Source: Octopus sinensis (lineage: Eukaryota). From it: a stretch of 64,000 nucleotides of DNA. Location of the stretch: contig NC_042997.1 in NCBI RefSeq assembly GCF_006345805.1, forward strand, positions 38,936,001-39,000,000, written 5' to 3'. Made by a program: the position numbers and the translations under genes. The notes beneath the pieces are model-generated. The model was not told where the DNA came from and did not search any database. It saw only the letters and a program-made list of their open reading frames with translations. This document shows positions 26,166 through 36,445 of the stretch, in pieces. Within the stretch, counting starts at the first letter, position 1, and the number at the start of each line of letters is the position of its first letter.

Positions 26166-26224
<59 letters not shown>

Positions 26225-26225
26225 A

Positions 26226-26440
26226 CACATTCAAAATGTGACCGCGTGTGTACCGTTGGCAATTTTTTTCCTCCGTCTTCCTTCTTTGGATCTTTCCTTT
26301 TCCTATGTTTCTGACGAAGAGCTCCGCTCGAAACGTTAAACCCTCCTCTCCTTCTTTCCTGAGCGTTCAATAACACTATACTTGATCCACGTCCTCGCGT
26401 TGTTGTGTTTTCTCTTTGTGTTTTCATGTTTGGATTAACT
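26226..26440 (+). mobile_element. Short Penelope-type terminal element inside (TA)n, carrying a hammerhead motif
   Basis: (TA)n on both sides; related to 61469-61649 (shared GAGC/GCTC stem, GAAACGT, downstream CCTGAGCGTT). Confidence 0.7.
26307..26341 (+). ncRNA. Minimal type I hammerhead ribozyme motif
   Basis: GTTT / CTGACGA / A / GAGC-TCC-GCTC / GAAA / CG / TT / AAAC. 4-bp stem I, 4-bp stem II, palindromic ACGT stem III. Confidence 0.75.
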
Positions 26441-26451
26441 ATATATATATA

Positions 26452-26640
<189 letters not shown>

Positions 26641-26729
26641 ACATGTATATAGATGAGTATGGTACTTAAGTTGAGGCACCAGAATTTAGTACGGTATTAG
26701 CCATACAATTTTAAAGTAAGGTGATTAAA

Positions 26730-26792
26730 ATCAATATAAGCAACAAGGATATGCAGAGGTGTCCTCTAGATATCCTTGTTGCTTATTTTGAT
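26730..26792. repeat. 63-nt hairpin, 27 of 30 stem positions paired
   Basis: ATCAATATAAGCAACAAGGATATGCAGAGG-TGT-CCTCTAGATATCCTTGTTGCTTATTTTGAT. Confidence 0.85.
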
Positions 26793-26841
26793 ATATATAT
26801 ATATATATATACACACACATATACATATATATGTGTGTGTG

Positions 26842-26907
<66 letters not shown>

Positions 26908-26936
26908 TGTATGTGTGTGTGTATGTATATATATAT

Positions 26937-27027
26937 CTGACAAGACGTAATTGGAATGTGTTAAAGAAACGGTCTCTTCACGTAGCCGTTTGACTAATTA
27001 GTTTATTAATACACGCACGTGTGTGTA

Positions 27028-27065
<38 letters not shown>

Positions 27066-27163
27066 GTGTGTGTGTGTGTGTGTGTGTGTGTTAATAATCT
27101 AATTAGACGAACGGCGACGTAAAGGGACCGTTTCTTTAACAGCTTCTAATTACGGCTTGTCAG
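26937..27163. repeat. Inverted repeat (73-bp arms) enclosing a (GT)n microsatellite
   Basis: 26937-27009 is about 85% identical by eye to the reverse complement of 27091-27163. Confidence 0.85.
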
Positions 27164-27384
27164 TTTTATGCTTTCTGTCTAGTATAACCTCTCTTTTTTT
27201 TACCTTTTACCTTAAACCTCCACCAATCTCTATCTCATGCCTACTCTTTCGTACTTTTCCATCACTGTGTGACGTATTAGCATCATGCCATTTGAATTTC
27301 GTAAAATATGGTTTAGATACATAATATATTATTGAAATACTTTGAAGTGTATTCATAAAATTATGTCAGTATTTGTGATAACAG

Positions 27385-27645
27385 GGGAGGTGCAATGGCC
27401 CAGTGGTTAGGGCAGCGGACTTGCGGTCGGAGGATCGCGGTTTCGATTCCCAGACTGGACGTTGTGTGTGTTTATTGAGCGAAAACACCTAAAAGCTCCA
27501 TGATGCTCCGGCAGGGTGGGGGAACCCCTGTTGTACTCTTTCGCCACAACTCTCTCTTCCTGTTTCTTGAGTAACATTGCGATGGACTGACGTCCCGTCC
27601 AGAAACCCATGATCTGGCTAGGCTTGAAAAGGGCGATAAAGAAGA
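27385..27645 (+). mobile_element. tRNA-derived SINE, family B head, alternative tail
   Basis: TGGCCCAGTGGTTAGGGCAGCGG...GTTTCGATTCCC head shared with 34581; diverges after TTCCTGTTTC. Confidence 0.78.
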
Positions 27646-28200
27646 ATAAAGAAATATGTGACAACAACAAAACAAAAAAGAAAAGGAAAATGCCACCAGC
27701 CCAGACTCACAGAACGATCTTTTAAATATACATAAACAAAGCAAAACAAGTAAGTGCAACTGGAGTATATTATATTCCGGTCAGCAGGGCTAAGTTCGGA
27801 TGACGTGAGTAAGTCGATAACATAGACCTCAGTGATCAACTAGAACTTATTTTATCGACCCCGAACTGATGAAAAGTAAAGTCGATTTCAGTGGAATTTG
27901 AACGCAGAACGTAAAGACGGATGAAATGCCGCTAAGCATTTTCCCCGTTGTGGTGATGATTCTGCCAGCTCGACGCCGTATAGGAGTTACGCATATTATT
28001 AATTAAAACAGTTTGATTCGGTCCCATGTAAGTTAAAATTGTGTAGGCTTCTCACAGAAACCTAGTTCGTCAGGCTCGGAAAGACGAGAGTTACGTCGTG
28101 TTGTCAGAAGTTGAATCAAAGCATTAATCTACCTCAACGAGATCTGAAATTAGAATTTGAAAATATTATAAATTGACCATTTATTCCGTTGCCTCCCTGT

Positions 28201-28539
28201 TAAGACCCCCTTCAGTCATGAATGACCATGACATTACACCTAGAAAGTTCTCCTCCGAGGCACAAGTCAGGGCAAGATTGTTCATGGAAGACCAGCAGTT
28301 GCTCACCCATACCAGCCTCTCCCGTCTCTATGCCACTGATGTTATCCAAGGGAAAGACAAATGCCGATACATCTTGGCGCCAGTGACATCACAACTCATT
28401 TCTACAGCTGAGTGAACTGGAGTAACGTGAAATAAAGTATCTTGCTCAAGAACACAACACACAGCCCGATCCGAGAATCGAACTCATTATATCGTGATTG
28501 TGGGCCAGACGCTCTAACCACTGAGACATGCGCCTTCAC
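28201..28539 (-). mobile_element. tRNA-derived SINE, family A
   Basis: Reverse-complement homologue of 8881-9222. Confidence 0.85.
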
Positions 28540-30030
28540 TGTTGTCTCATTATTACTGACATTTCATTCAATTTTTTCAGTTACACATTTTTGATACCGT
28601 ATTGTAGAAAACCTTTGTCATTTATCTTACAAGAATGCCAATTTTGTAATTGTTCCTGTTGAATAAATTATGTATCAAACTACTAATGATTTACAGTGAC
28701 AGGACTGGTGAACGGGTTATCTTTCAAATTACCGAGTGAGATTCTTTCGTGGAAATAAATTCCTGGCATCCCTGAAGTTGGAGGATGATATATCATAATA
28801 AATGAAAACCTAAAGATCAGTTACTGTTTAAAAATTTATGCCGTTTTTACAGTGGAAAAGTTGTAGCAGAAATTTAGCTTCAGGGATTTTGATTCCTCTT
28901 GCAAGCAGTAAAATTTACAATAGTAAATATATTCAATCACGATGGTTTTATTTACTTTTATTTTTAATTAAGGATTTAAATGTTGTTAGCCTAGCGAGTG
29001 GAGTATTTCATTTATGTTCTTAAAGTCTAGGGGTCAATTCTTGGTCAAGACCGCACGTTGTGTTCTTGAGCAAAGTACTTCGTTCCACGCTACTCCAGAC
29101 TTTCTAGCTGTAAATAGTTACCAGCCAAGTGCTGATATAGTTCTCCCTCGAGTTTTTACGTCTTGGATGTATAACAGGGTCGAAGGTGACGGGGTCGAGA
29201 AGATGTCTATGCTCGCGACTACATAAACACCAAAAGCGATTAGTGAAAGCATGGTACATAATTCCAAGCCACGCTTGTTTGTGAGTGACGACGACAACTG
29301 TACTCTACTATTTAGGAGGCAGCGTCCATAACCATTTTCAGAGATCCTAACACTTGTAGAAGATAGGAAGTAAATTGTCATCAGTTCATAAACCTGGCCC
29401 AAACGATTGGAGCACCTGCGGGCCATGTAGTAGTGTTAAACCATTTGAGGGTTTAAGTCTAAAAAACAGATAATTACATATAGATCTGAGGGATGATACT
29501 TGGGTGTACCATTAATTTACTGGTCACGGTAAACTAAATTTTGATAAACGATTCTGATTATCACTTCACTTTATGCAACTTAAGTTCTTTGGAAATTCTT
29601 CTATATGTCAAAATTCACAAAATTCTTTTCTACTTCGAATTGGGACCGCTTTTTCTAAAAACATAAAAAAACAATATTGTGGATTTTTAATAAAATATAT
29701 TTCTTTATTCTTAAAAGAATATTCCTTACACTGAGTTGTTATTAATCAATTTCTTTCTTTTTTCTCTCTCTCTCTCTCTCTCCCTTTTTTTTCAATTTTC
29801 GCTACCTACTGAAATAAAATAGGGCTTGCGTTCAAAGACTGCTTACCCAATGCAACATGGTTTCGCCATCCTGTGACAAATCTTCCCTGGACCGATTTCA
29901 CATCTTGCTTCATTAATCACGTAAGTATTAAACTGATTGAATTTGTTTTCCTTAACATGATAAATTACTAAATAATTTATCAATTATATATTTATTTAAT
30001 CATAGATATATATACATGTATATATATACT

Positions 30031-30263
30031 TATTTCTTTATTACTCACAAGGGGCTAAACATAGAGGGGACAAACAAGGACAGACATAGGTATTAAGTCG
30101 ATTACATCTACCCCAGTGAGTAACTGGTACTTAATTTATCGACCCCGAAAGGATGAAAGGCAAAGTCGACCTCGGCGGAATTTGAACTCACAACGTAACG
30201 GCAGACGAAATACCGCTAGGCATTTCGCCCGACGTGCTAACGATTCTGCCAGCTCGCCGCCTT
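30031..30263 (-). mobile_element. SINE family C, subfamily with Tx1-like 3' tail
   Basis: Head GGCGGCGAGCTGGCAGAA, central CCGAGGTCGACTTTGCCTTTCATCCTTTCGGGGTCGATAAA, tail ...AGCCCCTTGTGAGTAATAAAGAAATA. Confidence 0.85.
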
Positions 30264-30435
30264 CATGTATATATATATACTAATTTCTTCATGTATGTAT
30301 ATACTAATTTCTTTTCATTAACCTCATTGATGTTTAAGGCCTCATGTAACCAAAACACTAACAAGACACTAACACGCAACCGTTCTAAATATTCTAAGAG
30401 AGATATTACCTGTTACAGTACAGCCTCCATCTAAC

Positions 30436-31015
30436 ATTGAGCTGTTTACAAGGAGTCTGGGTAGGTTGCAGGCGTTTAAAGGAAACAAAGGTTAAAAGTG
30501 AGAGGTAAGAGATGTGGCAGGGTCCGGATCGAGGCAATGGAAGAGGCAGCGGATGTATTCTGGAGAGGCAGTGGCAAGGTGGTTGGTAAGCGGAAGATGG
30601 ATACGATTGAACAGACTTTAAACGCGGGATATAAGGCCTGAGATGCGGGCAACGGCACAGGATATGGCAGCTTCAATAAGGTGGGTGTCTGGTCACGTCA
30701 AATAAAGAGACTGGCCAGGTATTGATGTCTCAAAGTCTTTGTTACGGCTACAGAGGCGGCAGAGGCGGGGGAACTGGGAGTAGAAGATGGTGTGGTTGGG
30801 TGTTAGAAGGAAATGTCGAAGTAGATGTGGGAAGCTGTTGGTTTCAATAAGTCAGAAGGCGGAGAGGGAGATGCGAGGGTGGGATGATCCATAGAGACTG
30901 TAATGTCGAAGAAACTGAGGTAAGTCTAAAAGATAGAGGAAGTGAAAAGGACCAGGAGCTGAAAGGAGTTGATGAAAATGCCGAAGGATTTTAGCTCTTC
31001 GCGTACTTTAGCTTC
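30436..31015 (-). mobile_element. Decayed Penelope-like RT/thumb fragment
   Basis: Minus-strand remnants SFFDITVS, LKPTASHIYF, HPT.HTIFYSQF.RL.RLCS..KDFE, HLIEAAIS and NL..LLVNS, across frameshifts. Confidence 0.75.
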
Positions 31016-31208
31016 ATTACTATAGCAACAGTCCGGATACTATGGCAACAGACCACACACACACATATATATATATACATATATATCTTTCTCTCTCTAA
31101 CTCTCTCTCCCTCTCTCTCTCATTCTCTCTCTCTCTCTCTCTATTTATCTATGTCTGTCTATCTATCTTCCTATCTCTATCTATCTATCAATCTTTCTTT
31201 ATATTTAC

Positions 31209-31287
<79 letters not shown>

Positions 31288-33148
31288 AATGACACGATGT
31301 GATCTTTTTTCACCGAAGTCTCAATGCTTGTAACCTATTCATGTATTTAGCGAAGATACAAGGTGAGTTTCTAAGCTTTTAAGATTTTAGATAGCAATCT
31401 TATGATTGCTATCTAAAATTTTATTTTCCCTGTTATTTCAACTTTTGACCAACATATTCGTGCCTACTGCAATAAAGACAGATTCCACCAGTTTGAACAG
31501 AGTAACAGTATTCCTATCCTCAAATTAACATAATCGATTACTAAGCTACTTCAGCTGACATTGTCCTGAGTAAAATGGCGAAGTAAATTTCTATTTGTAA
31601 CTGAATTGAAGATATTTTGTCAGAAGATTTAACAAAGCAAAGTTATTTCTATTAACGAAATTCTAACTCTCTGATTTTACTTGTAGCTTGTTCGTTAGTA
31701 TTTTGGGGAATATGTTTTTGATTACATTTTATACTCTATTGTTTTCTGAAAGTATAAAAACAAAATCGTATATTCCAGCAAGTTTATGTCGATTCTGATT
31801 TTCTTTCTGTTTGTCTCTTACATTGATTTCAAAATTATTCATAATGTGTGCTCGTTTATTTGTCTGAATTACAATGGAAGATATTAGCCATCTAAAAGCA
31901 GAGCCCTGTCATAAACATAACAGAAAATTGTATTTCAATTTCGACGCTAATCATTTCAACTAAAAATTCTACAGAGTGAATTGATAAATTGATAATAGAA
32001 GTGGTGTTTTGGATTGGTTAAACTAAATACTAAAAGTATGTAATATTATGATAAATACCTAGGGAAGACGAAAGAGCTTCGAAAATAATGAAGTACATAT
32101 TACAATTTTGATTTCGCGTGAAATCGTTTCACTTCATTTGCACCAATTTCTGTCAGCACATCGATAACAACTGATGATATCCGGGAGTGTTGCTGCTCGA
32201 TGGGTAAGGTTTTAGATATTTGATAAAGTCGATCCACATACGGAACACATCGGCCTCATTAAAAAATTAGGAGAATTGAAGACTATAGAAAATGTTAGTT
32301 TTGACCTTACGGTTTGATTTTCGTGAAGAGCTTGTCTGTATTTTTCCTAGTCCTTATCAGTTAAGACCTTACATTTCATTTTTCCAGTGAAACAGAATGG
32401 CAGAAATGCCAATGTATCAAAGTAATTTCACATTATTTAATTTTGTAGCTTTACATTTTGAATTTAAATCTTGTGTAAGGTATCGGCTTTTCTTATTACC
32501 TTACCAGTCCAATTAAATACCTCTCAATAATATGATTGGCTCTATTCGATTATAACACTTCACGTCTATGAAATAAAGAATTATTATATTGAACAGATAC
32601 TCTAGAACAACATAATAGTTTCGATGCATCTAGAATTTTTAATATCTATGAGAAGGGTATGTGCGTGTTTGTTTCGTTAGAGCAACGTTTCTCTTAAACA
32701 AAAGTCTGTTCCTCTTTACGGAGAATGGGAAGCTGAGCGTTTGTAATTTATTTAATATAAACTTGTTATTGAGTATTCTCGATCATTACTTGAGGAGCAA
32801 TTCATCAAGACTGAAGGGGCAATATAATTCTTTTTTTCTGAAGTGTGTTTTGTCCGAGATATATGGTTTCTTTTAATTACGTTATTAACTATGCAACATA
32901 TCTCTTCAAGAATTGTTACGGACGAAATAGATTAATGTTAATACTGGTGTATCTTTTATATTTCTAATGAATTCCAGTGAAGATTCGTATTGTCAGAATG
33001 GCTAAGATATCACTTAACCACATCAGTATATCTTGTGTCTAAGATAGAAAATTAAATTTAACTCCACCTTACCTGGCATCAAAATGATCAAGAGCAATTA
33101 AATAATGACAGAATGATGGAGCAGAGAAATAAGAGTTCATTAGTTTAT

Positions 33149-33483
33149 GTGAAGGTGCGTGGCTCAATGGTTAGAGCGTCGAGCTTACGATCGTGAGGTT
33201 GTGAGCTCGAATCCTGGACCGGGCTGCGTGTTGTGTTCTTGAGCAAGACACTTTATTTCACGTTGCTCCAGTACACTCAGCTGTAGAAATGAGTTGCGAC
33301 GTCACGGGTGCCAAGCTGTATCGGTCCTTGCGTTTCCCTTGGACAACATCGGTGACGTGAAGAGGGGAGGCCGATATGCATGGGCGACTGCTGGTCATCC
33401 ATAAAACAACCTTGCCCAGACTTGTGCCTCAGAGGGTAACTCTCTAGGTGCAATCCCATGGTCAGTGTCTGACCGAAGGTGGT
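33149..33483 (+). mobile_element. tRNA-derived SINE, family A
   Basis: High similarity to 8881-9222. Confidence 0.88.
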
Positions 33484-33789
33484 CACCACCAGTTTCGTGT
33501 GCCGAAATCAAATCTTTTCAAATTGACATAATCTACCGATTTCTTGGAGATTAGTAGACGGAATCGTTATTCTCCTTACATTCTAAGTTCATGTTGTTAA
33601 AATAAATACCAGTCATGTACTATCGTCTAAAAAATACTCCAGATACTTTTCAATTTCTTTTTTCAACCATGCTTTATGGTATAGCAAAAGCAATAAATTT
33701 ACATATCTTTTATTGTCTTCTTTCTCTTAATTATGCTCATTCTTGCTTTTCGAAGATCTATTTAATAGTTAGTACTATTAACGCGTTCT

Positions 33790-33955
33790 CTTCGTCCGTC
33801 TTTACGTTCTGAGTTTCCACCGAGGTCGACTTTGCCTTTCATATTTTCGGGGTCGATAAAAAAAGTAAAGTACCAGTTGAACACTGGAATCGATGTAATC
33901 GACTTACCCACCTCTCCCCAAATTGCTGGCCTTGTGCCAAAATTTGAAATCAGTC
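33790..33955 (+). mobile_element. SINE family C, partial, alternative tail (GGCCTTGTGCCAAAATTTGAAA)
   Basis: Central family C block plus the second tail type. Confidence 0.72.
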
Positions 33956-34580
33956 TTAGCACGTTCTAACCGCTTTGTTCCGATGAAGCCACACTAACGC
34001 TTTATTGTTATTTGATTGTAAGATAGTAGATTGGTTGAATCATTTGGTAGTCGGAAAAATTTCCAGGAGTATTTGTTTGGCTACTTACGTTCTGAATTTA
34101 TATCTCGCCGAAGTCAATTTTGCCTTTCTTCTCTCGGAGATCGACGTAATAAAGTACCAGTTTAGTACTGGTGTAGATATAATCGAATGACTAACCCCCT
34201 TCACCTCGAAATTTTTGTAACTAGTACTTCTATGACAAATACTTAATACTATTATTTGAATTGACAGAATGAGCTGAGGGATTAACAAAATGACTTGACG
34301 CATTTAATTACAACTCTGCGTTGTTCGGTCGAATCCTGTGAAGATCAACTTTTGCCTTAATCTTTCTTTCACCGACAAAATAATTGTTTCTAGTTTAGGC
34401 ACAAGGCCAGCAACTTTGAGGGAGTGTAATAAGCCAATCGGGCCGGGCGGTTAGGGTTAGGAAAAGTTGACCTCGGTGGGATTTTAACTCAGAATATAAA
34501 GAACCGGAAGAAATAATACAAGGTACTTTTTATCCGAAACTCGCGCTTCACCTTCGTCACTAAAATAATACCAGTTAAGT

Positions 34581-34947
34581 GTGGAGGCGCAATGGCCCAG
34601 TGGTTAGGGCAGCGGACTCGCGGTCATAGGATCGCGGTTTCGATTCCCAGACCGGGCGTTGTGAGTGTTTATTGAGCGAAAACACCTAAAGCTCCACGAG
34701 GCTCCGGCAGGGGATGGTGGTGATTCCTGCTGTACTCTTTCACCACAACTTTCTCTCACTCTTACTTCCTGTTTCTGTTGTACCTGTATTTCAAAGGGCC
34801 GGCCTTGTCACTCTTTGTGTCACGCTGAATATCCCCGAGAACTACGTTAAGGGTACACGTGTCTGTGAAGTACTCAGCCACTTACACGTTAATTTCACGA
34901 GCAGGCTGTTCCGTTGATTCGGATCAACCGGAACCCTCGTCGTCGTA
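34581..34947 (+). mobile_element. tRNA-derived SINE, family B head with tail Y, 11-bp TSD
   Basis: A and B boxes; ACCAGTTAAGT at 34570-34580 and 34948-34958. Confidence 0.88.
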
Positions 34948-35022
34948 ACCAGTTAAGTATAAGTCCATCCACCAGTTAAGTAACCAGTTAAGTATAAGTC
35001 CATCCACCAGTTAAGTATAAGT
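34948..35022. repeat. Tandem repeat built from the SINE target site (35-bp unit twice; ACCAGTTAAGT four times)
   Basis: Units start at 34948, 34971, 34983 and 35006. Confidence 0.88.
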
Positions 35023-35198
35023 AACGAATCAATATCCAAAGATGTAAGGCCTTGCGGTTTATGTAAGAAACCAATATTATAAGCGACATCTCGTCCGTCT
35101 TTACCTTCTGAGTTCAAGTTCCATGGACGTCGACTTTACGTCTCGTCCTTCGAGATTGATAAAATAAAGATTAGTTAAGCACTGGCGTCAATGTAATC

Positions 35199-35430
35199 TA
35201 TTTCTTTATTACCCACAAGGGGCTAAACATAGAGGGGACAAACAAGGACAGACATAGGTATTAAGTCGATTATATCGACCCCAGTGCGTAACTGGTACTT
35301 AATTTATCGACCCCGAAAGGATGAAAGGCAAAGTCGACCTCGGCGGAATTTGAACTCACAACGTAACGGCAGACGAAATACTGCTAAGCATTTCGCCCGG
35401 CGTGCTAACGTTTCTGCCAGCTCGCCGCCT
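35199..35430 (-). mobile_element. SINE family C, subfamily with Tx1-like 3' tail
   Basis: Near-identical to 30031-30263. Confidence 0.88.
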
Positions 35431-35796
35431 ATGTAATCAATCGTCTTACCTTCGCCCCAAAAATTGCTACCTTGTACCAAAATTTGAAACCATTATTAGC
35501 AGATTCGGTAAGGTGTCGGATAAGAAGCTTTCAGTAATTATTTATAGCTCTTTGTATTCAGAGTTCAAAATCCCAGTCAGGTCAACTTTTCCTTTCATCT
35601 TTCTGTGATCGATAAAATAACCGACAAGTATTAGGCTTCAGTTTTTTTTTTTTAATCTTTTATGGTTTTTCTTCCGCGTAAATCTCTAGTCTTAGGCCTA
35701 TCTAAGACATCCTTATAACTATTTTACGTGATGAAGTGGGGGAGAATTTTATCAGACGCTGGCGGCCAAAATGATCATGTGACAAAGATGAGGTGC

Positions 35797-35839
35797 AGGT
35801 AGTAGTAGTAGTAGTAGTAGTAGTAATAGTTGTAGTAGT

Positions 35840-35931
<92 letters not shown>

Positions 35932-35961
35932 TAGTAGTAGTAGTTGTAGTAGTAGTAGTAG
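35797..35961. repeat. Compound (TAG)n/(CAG)n trinucleotide microsatellite
   Basis: Alternating TAG and CAG blocks. Confidence 0.95.
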
Positions 35962-36392
35962 TTCCGTTGACAATGACAACGGCGGACATCATTGTTGTTT
36001 GATGTTTCATTTCAGAATAACGGACATCATCAACTGATATTTCAAAAGTCCTACCCGGATATGACCGTCATCAATGAAAGTGAATATTTTACGGTACTTT
36101 TAGATTGTAAGTTTTATTGTGCGAGAGACTAACACTTTTAGTTTTTCTACCTACTTAAAGTAAAGATAAATGTACAAATGATCCTTAAGAATAATGGATT
36201 TTGGGGGTTTTTTTTGTTCGTTTGGTGCACTTTTGTGCAACCTTTTCCCATCGTTTAAAAGTTAGATATTATTACTATTTGCAACTGCATTTTTCACTTC
36301 CATCTAAACTCTCTCTTTGTACTTTCATCATTAGTCATTTTCTTCTTCTTTTTATTCCCTCTCTCCCTCTCTCTTTCTCCCTCTCTCTTTCT

Positions 36393-36445
<53 letters not shown>

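Noticed and set aside
26937-26980. CTGACAAG...GAAACGG in the inverted arms as a hammerhead
   Set aside because: The core has a G8 mismatch and no stem II closes next to GAAA.
31319-31362. Exon-like stretch with a strong AAG|GTGAGT donor after a (CT)n tract
   Set aside because: The open frame (LNACNLFMYLAKIQ) has no GPCR similarity and the acceptor is weak; unsupported without transcripts.
34948-35022. Short direct repeats resembling a CRISPR array
   Set aside because: Eukaryotic context, no unique spacers, and the repeat equals the neighbouring SINE target site.
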